Origin: Pelomyxa schiedti
Lineage: Eukaryota > Protista > Evosea
NCBI GenBank assembly: GCA_020536535.1
Contig: JAHLWZ010000187.1
Span: 193,455-257,454 of the forward strand
Length of the DNA: 64,000 nucleotides
Direction of reading: 5' to 3'
Positions 1 to 11,230 of the stretch are shown one piece after another. The position numbers were made by a program, and so were the translations under genes. Positions within the stretch are counted from its first letter, which is position 1. Each line of letters begins with the position of its first letter. The notes beneath the pieces are model-generated. The model was given only the letters and a program-made list of their open reading frames with translations, ran no database searches and had not been told where the DNA came from.

Positions 1-416
1 AGTGGGACACAGAGTGGACTGTAGGCAATTCTCGGATGCCAAGGCGGAAGCTTGCCCTGGCCGTCAAATGATGGATGACAGGAAGTTTCTTCTCAAGGTT
101 TTTTACGTCTCTTATTTCCCCTTTCTTCTTACTCCTCTTTGCTTGCCGATTTCCCGTAGGCTACAATTGTACGGCTCATGAAAGCAAAGAAAAAATCTGG
201 GCACGCCGAACTTATCCAGCAAACAATCGCCGAAGTTTCAAAGTTCCTTCTCGTTTTTTTTGTTTCCAACTCACTCAATCGACAAAAAACAAAAAAAAAA
301 AAAGGATCTTCCAACCCAGTGAGGCAGCCATCAAACAAGCCATAGAATCTCTCATTGAGCAGGAATACATTGCTCGATCCACAGACAAAACGTCCGAGTA
401 TGAATATGTATCTTAG
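1..416 (+). CDS. Cullin, 3' end (neddylation/winged-helix domain); 5' part outside window
   Basis: Spliced reading gives DDRKFLLK|ATIVRLMKAKKKSGHAELIQQTIAEVSK|IFQPSEAAIKQAIESLIEQEYIARSTDKTSEYEYVS*, matching the cullin C-terminal IVRIMK neddylation motif and F.P...IK..IE.LIEKEY..R...Y.Y end; GT-AG introns near 98-159 and 243-304. Confidence 0.93.
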
Positions 417-642
417 ATAGTCTGGGTTCTGGAACCCATAATCCCCCATTTCGGCACTGCCTGAGGCAGTGCCTTTCGCCGCGAATTCATTCACAGTTTT
501 AGCCTTGTTGTTGCATGATGAATACAAACAAATGTTGAAAGTTTTATGAACTCAGCAATGTTTAGACCCTTTTTCTGACTCCCACCATTTCTTTTTTTCG
601 CCTCAACACCCCAATCTCCGAAAGAACAAACAGCACCAACAG

Positions 643-2500
643 ATGGACGACGTTAGACATCACCCAACAGATCCCATGACAAGTAGTTCCCCAACAACTA
701 CCACTTCGTTGTCATCGTCATCATCATCATGTGCAGCCCCACCGACCACGACTACAACAACAACGGCTACTACGAGTACAAGTTCTAGTGCGCTGTCAGT
801 TGGTGAGGCAGAGACTGCGATTGCGACTGCGACTGGGACTGGGTGTTCGTCGGCTGCAGTTGCTTCTGCACTTACGTCATCGGGGTCGGGGATTGGCGTC
901 GTGGTGGTGCCCCACCTCGTTTCTAGCGTGAGAAAGTCTATGCCCGTGGAAATTAAAACTGCGTTACATGTGAGTGAACGCTTGAACAAAAAAACCAAAA
1001 AACAAATGGATGAATTTGAAAAAAAAAAAATGGGGTAAGCTTATGTTGACCACGGCAGACCACGTATGCTAATCCGTGGGATACTTGGACAGGGCTCATT
1101 GATAGGGAAAAGGTATCTCTCTTCTCAATTCTCTATCAAAACAAACTCGTAGATTATGGGCTGGATGTTTAAACCTCCAGTGAAACCCACTGAAGCTCAA
1201 TTAGATGCAGTTCTCCCAGTTAAACCAGTGACAGCTGCAGAACTCACAGCTCACGACTTCACTGTAAACTTAACTTTCTTTTGTGCTTTTCTAAGGGCAA
1301 AAGGTTTGTTGGATTGGACACTCAACGGTATTCTTGCGCATATTTGGTGTAAATATATTGACTGACCCATGTAAATCGCTTTGTTACCTAGTCTTCTTAA
1401 TGCACCGCCAGTATTTGCACAACGCCTTGGATTGGATATTATAGGAGAATACAAAATTGGTCGGAAGAGGGCACGCCAACCGCCAATAAGCCTCAACAAT
1501 CTACCTAAAATCGACATTGTTTTGGTATGAAGTAGAAGCGATTGTTAAATCTAAAACGGAATAGATATCACACAACCACCAAGATCACCTGGATTCTGGA
1601 AATGTTAGTACCTTAGCTGGCCTGTTTAATCCACTCTTTTTAGTGCCTCGGGTACGTTGTGGATTCAAACTTCTTTTCTCAGTATACATCTAGGGATTGA
1701 CTTCTTGGTTTATGTCACTCAGAATCACTAATGTTACTCTTTTACCCCAATGGCAAAATTGTGACAGTAGTAGGTCCTAGAATTCAACTGGTGGAATTCT
1801 TACTACCATTCTGGAACACCTTTGAAAATAACGTTTGTTCCTGCACAGCATTGGTCAGGTCGTGCCCTGGTTGATTACAATCTGGCACTTTGGGGTGGAT
1901 GGGTATAGTATAGGTTAAGGCAAACATTTGCTCAATTAGCCAACAGGTTTTGTCGTCCAATACACATCCCGCCAAGGTGTATTATGCAGGCGATACTGGC
2001 TACTGTCCGTGTGTACAGAAATTCTCTTGAAAGCTTCTGAATATATATAGAGTGTTCCCTGAAATAGCATCCTTGGGTCCATTTGATTTGTCCTTGATCC
2101 CTATTGGTCCAAATGAACCCAGAGTGTTATATATCCTTATTCTAATTTAAGATTAACGTTTTCAACAGGAGTATGAAAACACAACACGTGGGTTTTGAAG
2201 ATGCTATAAAAATTCACGAGGAGGTGAATTCTCGGCAATCCGTTGGTGTTCACTGGGGTGCGCTTGCCTCCCCCTAAAATAATTACCTAGTCAACTTACA
2301 TACTAAAAACTTACCACCCACAAAAACCTTTCCCCAAATTCCACACCCAAAGTTTTCTTAATTACAACATAGGAACGTGGAGCATGGGGGCAGATTCACT
2401 AACACAGGTCAAGGCACAATTCGCAGCCGAGTGTGGGAGAAAGGGTGTGACCAATTTCACCACACTGGACATAGGCCAAGTCTGGCACTTCTACACTTGA
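643..2500 (+). CDS. NAPEPLD: NAPE-PLD-like metallo-beta-lactamase-fold phospholipase, multi-exon
   Basis: Exon-encoded motifs YANPWDTW, VCWIGHST, NILTDP, LPKIDIVL|ISHNHQDHLD (HxHxDH), VYYAGDTGY, GPFDLSLIPIG, QHVGFEDAIKIH, SVGVHWG; S/T-rich N-terminus; TGA at 2498-2500. Confidence 0.88.
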
Positions 2501-2908
2501 ATCCTAACCTCAGGAGGAGGGCAGGGGAGCGTCTCAGGCAAGTTTTGCTTGCTGGGGATCTGGTCTCACTGTTCTTCTGGTCTCATCTCATATCTACTGG
2601 AGATTGAAGAAGAGGAAAAAAAAAGATCGGACTCTTTGTTTGTCTTCGACGTCGATGTTTTCCAAAGAAAAATCACCACTAAAACGTCCTGTGCTTCTTT
2701 TCTGAAGCCAAAAAAAAACCAACAAACCAAGAAAAAACGCTCGCGTTGCACGCGAACGAAACAGTGCGGATCTGCGACTTGTGTAGTGACGTGTCAGTGT
2801 AATAAATCAGGCTGTTGTGTCCGCAAGTCATATACTCTTGATCTATCGTCGCGTACATCGTCGCTAAGAGAAGGAGAGCATCGCTTGGTGTTTGTGGCGA
2901 ACGCGGAG

Positions 2909-5296
2909 ATGTCGGCTTGTACAACTACCAGTTACGATGAGATTGCGTCGCACGTGGCATCGACTACGTCAACGGCGAAGTGCGGCTTGGGGGCGAAGAG
3001 GTTGCCTTTCAACCCGTGCTTGGGCCCGAGGATAAAAGACATAAGAAACCAGCTGCAAGTGGCTGGTGTAAATGCCAATTCAAATGGTGGGGGCGGGGCC
3101 CTGTCTGCGGCAACAGCGACAAGCGCAACAGTGACGAGTGCTAGCAACACACGCAACTACTCGGATGATGGTGGTGCTAAAGATGTATATAGCAGGCCCC
3201 CTTCGGAGGATCACAATGGCACAGCAACGCATCACAGCAATGAGAATGACTTTTTTAAGACATATGGCTCTAGCGTTGCTGATAATGGAAAGAGTTGTAG
3301 CACTGGCAGCGACTGTGTGAGAGGAGACGATCTGTCAATCTGGAGTGGTGCAAAAACGCAGCCCATGCGTAACCGCTATGTAAAGAAACTAGAGCCACCA
3401 CCGCTTTTTTTGTCATCGACTGATGGCACCACTATAAATGGTACCTCCGGCGGCAATCCCAACCCCAATCCGTCACTTTTTTTGATAACTTCACCTCGTG
3501 ACAGTGTGTTTCACAATACTACATCCTCCACGGGAAGTACAGCATCCATAAATAGCAATGCAAGTGATCTTGGACAAGATCCTGCATTTAATTACAACTT
3601 CACACAAGCACCCCCTACGAACCGAGTCACTCACAAATCTTCACCTCCAAGCAACAGCATCCCCATTGCATCCATCCCAAGCTGCATATCACCAAGATCT
3701 AACTCGAGCAAGTCACTTCCACCCTCAACCCCACTTGAAATACTTTCGCAACAAGTAGGGTTTAATCATCCCACACAATGCATAAATCAAAACGATATCC
3801 CCGCAACAAGATCAAGAAGACCGTCATCTCCACTACCTCTGTCACAACATAGTCCAGTCTCAACTGAGAGCAAGTCTCCATTCCATTCACCTCGAACATC
3901 CATTAACATTTCCACGTTAATGTCCATTAATTCACCGCCACTACCAGGATGCGCAATCCCTCCACAATCATACAATATAGCACCGCCTCCCCCTCCGCCG
4001 CCACCACCCCTGCTACGAAAAGTCCCTCACCCAGAATTAAAGCAACATGCCCGAAAAGTCTTCAGTGAAGAACAACAAGAAATTTCCGCCACCATTATTC
4101 ACCATCTTCTACACGATATGCGAAACATTTCGCCAAAAAGCGGGGATCCTCTTAAAACCGTAAGTACTATATTCCTTTTTTCTTAGCTGATCACATGTCC
4201 TAGTTTAAGTGTAGTGCCTATTTTCTTCTTGACGAGTTAATGCGGAGATTAAGACTCCTACACATTACCCCAATGTTTGAGGGAATTAGGTACAATTTCT
4301 TTCTCGAGGTAGTTCTCTCCTCACAGTACCCTCAAGATTGATTGGCAGCACAGCTGCACAGATAGTAGCAGGAACAGGCAGGGTTACCGTAAATGACTTG
4401 GATATAACCATTTATGTGGACTCACCATATCGGCGGTTTATGGATATCCTTCAAGCTGAGGAAGAATTGATTGCCCAGCTGGCCTTCGACTCTTTGGGCA
4501 TTTGTTTGAATCTTCCTGTATATATTTTATTGTTTCGGTCATGCTCCTCATTTCAAAAAGGAAGTTTATGATGTTTATTTCCGTGATTCCATCAAAGTAA
4601 ACACAAGTTACAACAACAGCTGGTCCCTTATTACAGTGGGAGATGACCAATTCACTATCGACATAAAGACTGTATTTGCGACTGTTAGATCATACGACTT
4701 TTCTGTCAATTCTTTTGAAATAGTTCTTGATCCATTTTTTTACAATGACCAGGCATCTACACCACAGTAATTCCCCTCACCTAAACCCCTACACCTCTCA
4801 ATAACGTAACTTACCTGAAGAGTGATAGCGGAGTCGACCTACGGCGACATTGACGCTGCTCAGAACCACCTCAATACCCGAACACTAGTTACAGACCAAC
4901 CTACTCTCATTCGGTAAGTTCTACATAGTAAAATCACACATCCTGATTTTTTGATTAGACGGGGTCTCTTCCGGTATTGCCACGCACTGGCAAAGGGGTT
5001 CACCCCTCGGGACGACTTGCGGGACTCACTTCACAAGTAGTAAAATCCTTTAACCTTGTCGTTCTAATTGGTACCTGCACAGTGCTTTTGTTGGTGACTT
5101 CTTGAAAGAGTTTTCCACTGACTATGAAGGATTCACGCGGGTTGTTACCAAGTACTTCCAGCGGCATCAATCAGGAACAGAAGCCAAAGTTTACCTCCAA
5201 TTCTTGAGAAGTGAACTGGAGCCACATGTGCACACCAGTTTTGTAGTATTTCTGGACTCTCTCTTGCAACAAGCACTAGGGGATGGTGACGAGTAA
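2909..5296 (+). CDS. TENT5/FAM46-family terminal nucleotidyltransferase with a long S/P-rich N-terminus
   Basis: C-terminal exons: IRLIGSTAAQIV...VNDLDITIY, TIDIKTVFATVRSYDFSVNSFEIVLDP, ESTYGDIDAAQNHLNTRTLVTDQPTLIR|RGLFRYCHALAKGF, colinear with FAM46 RLNGSAA..DLDLIF / VELKFV..RRQFEFSVDSFQI / ESVYGDF..A..HL...IRGGGLLKYC.LL.RGF. Confidence 0.85.
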
Positions 5297-6163
5297 AGGA
5301 GAGTGTAATTTTTCTTCCAATAAGCGAATCCCGATGATTGCAAGTTGGTTTAAAAATTCCGAGTCGGATTTTCGCCTTTGTGGGTCGGATTTTAAGGGCT
5401 TTAAAGGAGTGCCTGCTCTGTGGTGCAATGGTCTGAGGCGTGCGAAATTGCATCCAGAAGGAGGTGTTCAAGTTGTTTCTGGGTTGGGCTAAGGTAGGGG
5501 GAGAAGGTGCCAAAGCAGGGTGGGAATGTTTGAAGTTGAGTTTGCATTGGGTTAGACACCAAGGTAGTGTTTGACAAAGCAAAGGGAGGAATAGGTGTAG
5601 GCAAAGCAAAGGCAGAAGCTGACTGAGTGGTGCTCAATGACACAATGTTGGGTAAAATAAGTGGAGGCAAAGCATTCAATGAGGCAGATGGAAGGAAGTA
5701 GAGAAGTGCTTGGTGGCACTGAGGTGGGTAACACAAATTGAGGCAAAGTTAAGTTGATTGGATGTGCTGGTTCTGTTGTTGGGTTGTTCTTTTTTGCTTT
5801 TTTTTGTTGTTGGACTTGATGCTGGGCTTTCAATTGGGCAAGAAGCTCTGCAGAAATGGATAGAAAACTGTCTTTACCCATTGAAATAGAATCTCTGTGC
5901 ATCTTTTGGCAATCAGCTAAAGCGGAAACACTATGAACACGACCAAGCTTGAGCAAAAGAAATGTTGTGAAACTGAAAAACGTAAGTATGACACAAAGTA
6001 ATAATTGACAACACTATGCAAAGCTAAAGCACAACCAAGAGGAGTGCTATTTATTTGAAACTCTGGTGGCACAACCAACGCTCTCACTTGCTCATCGGAA
6101 TACTTCGTTCAGAGTCGGATTTTACCACAGATGCTTTTTAAAGAAAAATAGATGAGGCTGATG

Positions 6164-9100
6164 TTAGCTCGTCTGGGTGGGTTTCAATAGGGCCTGAGCA
6201 GCCAGACACCCCTCAGCAGCTGCCCGACGGTAAAAGGTGTTCGCTACCCCAACATCCATCTTCACACCATTGCCGTATTTGTAACACGAACCAAGGTTGC
6301 ACATTGCATCGGCACTTCCAGCATCAGCAGCCCTCCTGAAAAGTGACACAGCCTCGTTCATGTCCTTCTCAACACCATTCCCATTGTGGTAACACCAACC
6401 AAGGTTGTTCATTGCTTTGGCACATCCAGCATCGGCAGCCTTCCTGAAAAGTGAAACAGCCTGGTTCATGTCCTTCTCAACACCATTGCCATTTTCGTAA
6501 CACAAACCAAGGTTGTTCATTGCAAGGATATTTCCAGCATCAGCAGCCCTCCTGTAAAGTGACACAGCCTGGTTCATGTCCTTCTCAACACCATTGCCAT
6601 TTTCGTAACACAAACCAAGGTTGTACATTGCAATGATATTTCCAGCATCAGCAGCCTTCCTGTAAAGTGAAACAGCCTGGTTCATGTCCTTCTCAACACC
6701 ATTGCCATTTTGGTAACACAAACCAAGGCTGTTCATTGCATTGGCACTTCCAGCATCAGCAGCCTTCCTGAAAAGTGACACAGCCTCGTTCATGTCCTTG
6801 TCAACATCATTGCCATTTTTGTAACACAAACCAAGGTTGAACATTGCATCGGAATCTCCAGCATCAGCAGCCTTCCTGTAAAGTGACACAGCCTGGTTCA
6901 TGTCCTTCTCAACACCATTGCCATTTTGGTAACACAAACCAAGGTTGTTCATTGCAGCGATACTTCTAGCATCGGCAGCCTTCCTGTAAAGTGACACAGC
7001 CTCGTTCATGTCCTTGTCAACACCATTGCCATTTTGGTAACACAAACCAAGGTTTAACATTGCATCAGCACATCCAGCATCAACAGCCTTCCTGTAAAGT
7101 GACACAGCCTCGTCCAGGTCCTTCTCAACACCTTCACCATTTTCGTAACACACACCGAGGTTGTTCATTGAATCAGCAAATCCTGCATCAGCAGCCTTCC
7201 TGAAAAGTGACACAGCCTGGTTCATGTCCTTCTCAACACCATTGCCATTGTAGTAACACAAACCAAGGTTGATCATTGCCTCGGCACATCCAGCATCAGC
7301 AGCCTTCCTGAAAAGTGACACAGCCTCGTTCATGTCCTTCTCAACACCACTGCCATTTTTGTGACACCAACCAAGGCTGTTCATTGCAGAGGCATTGCCA
7401 GCATCGGAAGCCCTTCTGAAAAGTGATGCAGCTTTGCTGGTGTCCCTGTCCACAGCAGTTCCAGCAACAAAACATGCACCAACAAGTGACATTGTGGAAG
7501 CCCACCAGAGTGTGGTTGGTTCGTTGTGTGTCACACAACAGCCCACGATCTGAGGGAGACCACATGATGTTGTCTTCTCCAAACAACAGCAGGCTGTCCA
7601 CAAAGCAACAAAATATTGGCATGCCCCCTGTCTGCCCCACCCCTTTGCAGGGGGATCACCAAAATCACTCATGGCGGATACCAAGGCAATGAGTTCATCC
7701 CACTCTTGTGCAACACTCATCACCGTTTCCTCGGCTTTCTTCTCTTCGTGAACTTGTTGTGTTTGTGGCATCAGGGGTGGTGGTGTCACCAGCACACTGT
7801 TGGCAGCCAACAGCAGCACCCTTCGGCAATAGTCTCTCATTTCCGGAATGGAACTGGAGATCGCACGCGAAAATGCGGATGACAAGTTTGGGGGAATGAG
7901 TTGGTGCAACGCAACGTGATCATCTGCGAAAAAACGGAGGCCATAAAGAAACAGAAGGCCAGGAAGGTAACACAGCTCTTCCTGAACCTGAACCTGAATC
8001 CGTGATGCTGATGTTCCTTTTTTTTTTTTTTGGAATGGCATAGAGTTTGCATTTAGTGAGTGTGGAATTCATCCCCCCCCATTTGAAACAACACGCACTG
8101 TTGTTTGTGCGGCAACTCTCAAATTGTTTGAAAGCATCTGAGACAAGGTGGATGGCCGCCTCAATGTTGACTTGCTCAAACTCAAAAAGTGCCTCAAGCA
8201 TAATCTTGCTTCTGGGAAATTCAAGTTGCTCATCTTTTTTTTTTATGTTTGTATGTCTGCAGGATAATATTTAATTAAAATAACTTGATTTGAGGATACG
8301 GAGTTCATCTGGGGGGGTGGGGGGGGTGGGGGGTGGAATTGGTATTGCATACATGTGCAGATGGTGAGATGGTCACTCCACATTCGTTTGCAGCAGTCTT
8401 TTTCTGAACACGACTCGATGATGTTCCTCAAAAAATTGGATGCTGGAAATGATAGATCAGAAGATGATGGTGCCGATCGTTCTGGCCTTGTTGTTGTTGT
8501 CGTCACCTCCACAGAGGTGGTGGTGGTGGTGACCTTTCCTTGAATCAACCCCACACAGTCCTTGATTGCGTTGCTGTTGCTGCTGTCGTTGTCGTCGCCG
8601 TCAACACAGCCGATGTTGCAGATGTGCCTCATCCTGAGTGCAGTTAAAACCAATTCAGGGAGAGTTGTTCTGTGGCTCTGGTTGATGGCTCTCTCGAATT
8701 CTAAATCTGTGTGTGTGAACGAAGCCTTCCCTGAGACTGCTGCTCGTATTCCCTTTCTCGCCACACCACTTCCATGAACTGCAGATGCAGATGCACCAGA
8801 AGAAAGTAAATAATGAAGAATCAACAACGCTGGTGAGAACAACGGCTCAACATCGAGAGCTCTGTGGAGAGTGTCACAACAGTCCTTTGTCGAGTGGCCA
8901 TGCAGAATCTGGCAAAGAGCCTTTGCCGTTAGTCTCCCTTTTTTTTTTTTGTTTTAAATTGGCATGACACACGCACACACATCAATTTTAACATCACAAA
9001 AGCTCGGAAACGCAACCTGGATCATCATTGTCTCTGTTTGCCATTGGTTCCAAGAGAGTGTAAAACGAGAGCTGTTCCTGAGGACTCGGATCGGGAACCA

Positions 9101-10573
9101 CAGTTTCCAACAGTTTGGATGCATCCAAAAGGGGAATCCTTTTTGCGGGGTCACACTCAAGCAACCCGCGCACAATGTGGCACAACTCCCTCGGGAATTC
9201 CGGCGGTCTCATTGGAAACTGCTCCTCACTCTGAACTGAAAAGTCAACCTGGCCGGTTGGACCATAAGCTGCCGGGTATCCTGGCAGTGGATGCTGACCA
9301 CCCATTGCAAGTTCAAACAAAATGCATCCAAGTTCAAACGATGGTTGCTGGGGTTTTGGTTTTGGTTTTGGAAAGGTGAGAGGTGAGAGCGAGCGACGGA
9401 ATCAGGGTGTGTGGTGTGTGAGAGAGTGTGTGTGGTTAAATCGCACACACCTTTCCACAAGGCAACCTTGGACAGCGATCTGGGTGCTGCGTGTAAAGTG
9501 CAATTCCGTTGAGAATTTCTGGTGCAAGGTGAGACTGATTCCCCACTGTCCCAACAAAGCACCCTGTTTCCCTCTCAAGTGATCCGTTTGGGAATTTCTT
9601 TGCACATCCAAGGTCAATCACAATGACTTGTTCTTTGTTCTTTTGTTGTTGTTTTTTTTTTGTTAACCCCGATTGACGTACAGTTGGTTGGTTGGTTGAT
9701 TGATTGAGGGTTGTTGTTGTTGGTTGTGTGTTGTGTTGACACAAGACACACACCGAAGAGACAACGATGTTGTCCAACTTCATGTCAAAGTGGATGGTTC
9801 GGTTCCTGAAGAGATGAACAAGGGCTGCACAGATATCCCTCGAGTACTTGTGAACAACACACCACGGTGTTGTTGTTGTTGTTGTTGCTGTTGTGAGAGC
9901 CTGCTGCTGTGTGCCAGTGGGTTGGTTGAGCTGTTTCAGGAAATGGTCAAGGGTCTCTGAGTGATACTCCAGGACAATCCACACACACGCGTGTATCCTT
10001 TGCCTCACTGGATCAAATGCCGACTCCTTTGGAACTGGTGGGAGCAGGTCAAAATACTCCTGAGGGGGCCTGTCGGTGAAGTGGCAGAAATACTGGTTCA
10101 CATTTGGGTGTGCATCAAGAGTTGATGACACAAGGTATTCATTCTTCATCCAATGCGTCATAAATTGGGGGGATAAAAAAAAAAGGTGGAATTTTAAAGA
10201 ACACACCTCAAATGCATTTGAGACTGAACTGGTGCGCACACCCCAATAATTGAAGGGCACCTTGAGCACGTATGATTGATCCCTGAAGAACTCAGGGTGC
10301 CCTTCCCCAATGCACTTCGCCTCGTAAACGATCCCTTCCAGTCCAAGGTCAATTGTTGTTGACAACGAAACAACTGAAAATATGGTGGTGTGGTGGCGTA
10401 CCGTTGCAACCGTGTGCGATCTTCCTCACCAGTTTGAAATTCCGAGCCACCACGACGCTCGTGGCCGCGTTGGGAACGTCCGACCGTTTGGCAGTTTCGG
10501 CCAACCGAGTGAAGAACGATGTGCGCTCGATCTGAACGCGTTGGAAGGCCTCGCGGCCCACCACGGAACTCAT
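6164..10573 (-). CDS. Ser/Thr kinase (PINK1-like) probably spliced to a C-terminal Sel1-repeat array
   Basis: ATG at 10573; LVRKIAHGCN|GIVYEAKC, YVLKVPFNY, HPNVNQYF, IHFDMKLDNI, IDLGCA, GNQSHLAPEI, K|QPSFELGCILFELA; same-strand exon-like ORFs 8243-8842 and 7920-8201 lead into ORF 6164-8041 with Sel1 repeats. The kinase-Sel1 linkage is inferred. Confidence 0.75.
6200..7495 (-). repeat. Coding tandem array of about 12 Sel1-like repeats (108 bp / 36 aa unit)
   Basis: Unit AMxNLGxCYxNGNGVEKDMNxAVSLxRKAADAG repeated; DNA units are highly similar (e.g. catgtccttctcaacacc recurs at 108-bp multiples). Confidence 0.97.
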
Positions 10574-11230
10574 TGTTTTTCACAATGTAGTTTATGTCTA
10601 TAACAGAGACACCAAGAGAGTTCACTGACAGTGCTCCCTCGGTTAACCGTACCAACTCTACCCAAAAAACACAAGAAAATTCTGGATCTGGTACGGATGT
10701 CAAAATCATGTCGAACCAGGGGGAGAAGGTACTGGGACTGAGGAAACCCAAAAAGTGGCAGTAACCGGACAGGTGCCGGAAAAAAAAAGTTCCATGGACC
10801 AGATTGTATCATTCTCCTAAATTGATTACAAAAAACCTGTTTGATTGTGGGCAAACTGTTGTAGTATGTGGTAGTGCATAAGAAGTTGTGGCATGATGGT
10901 TTCGAGGTCTAACACACATCCCCAATCACCATTGTGTACTTCTGCAAAGTACACGAGCTCGGACTTCGGAGATTCAGACTCGATCTGAGAGATCGCAGGA
11001 GATCTTGATTGATTACCAGAACGGGACTCCGAGAGGAAACATCACACCGGCAACACACCGGCCACACAAACAGTCCCACCAAGGCTTTCTTCTGAAAATT
11101 GGAACTCCACAAGGGGTAATCTCTTCTCTGGTGAAACAAGACCATACATTTTATACATCAACTCAGAAAGAGAAGATTGAAGATTGTGCATGAATTGACT
11201 GAAGGTGTGCTCAGGGCAGTGCTAAAACCA

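Noticed and set aside
6200-7495. Regular repeats as a CRISPR array
   Set aside because: Units are 108 bp, in frame, encode Sel1 repeats and have no unique spacers
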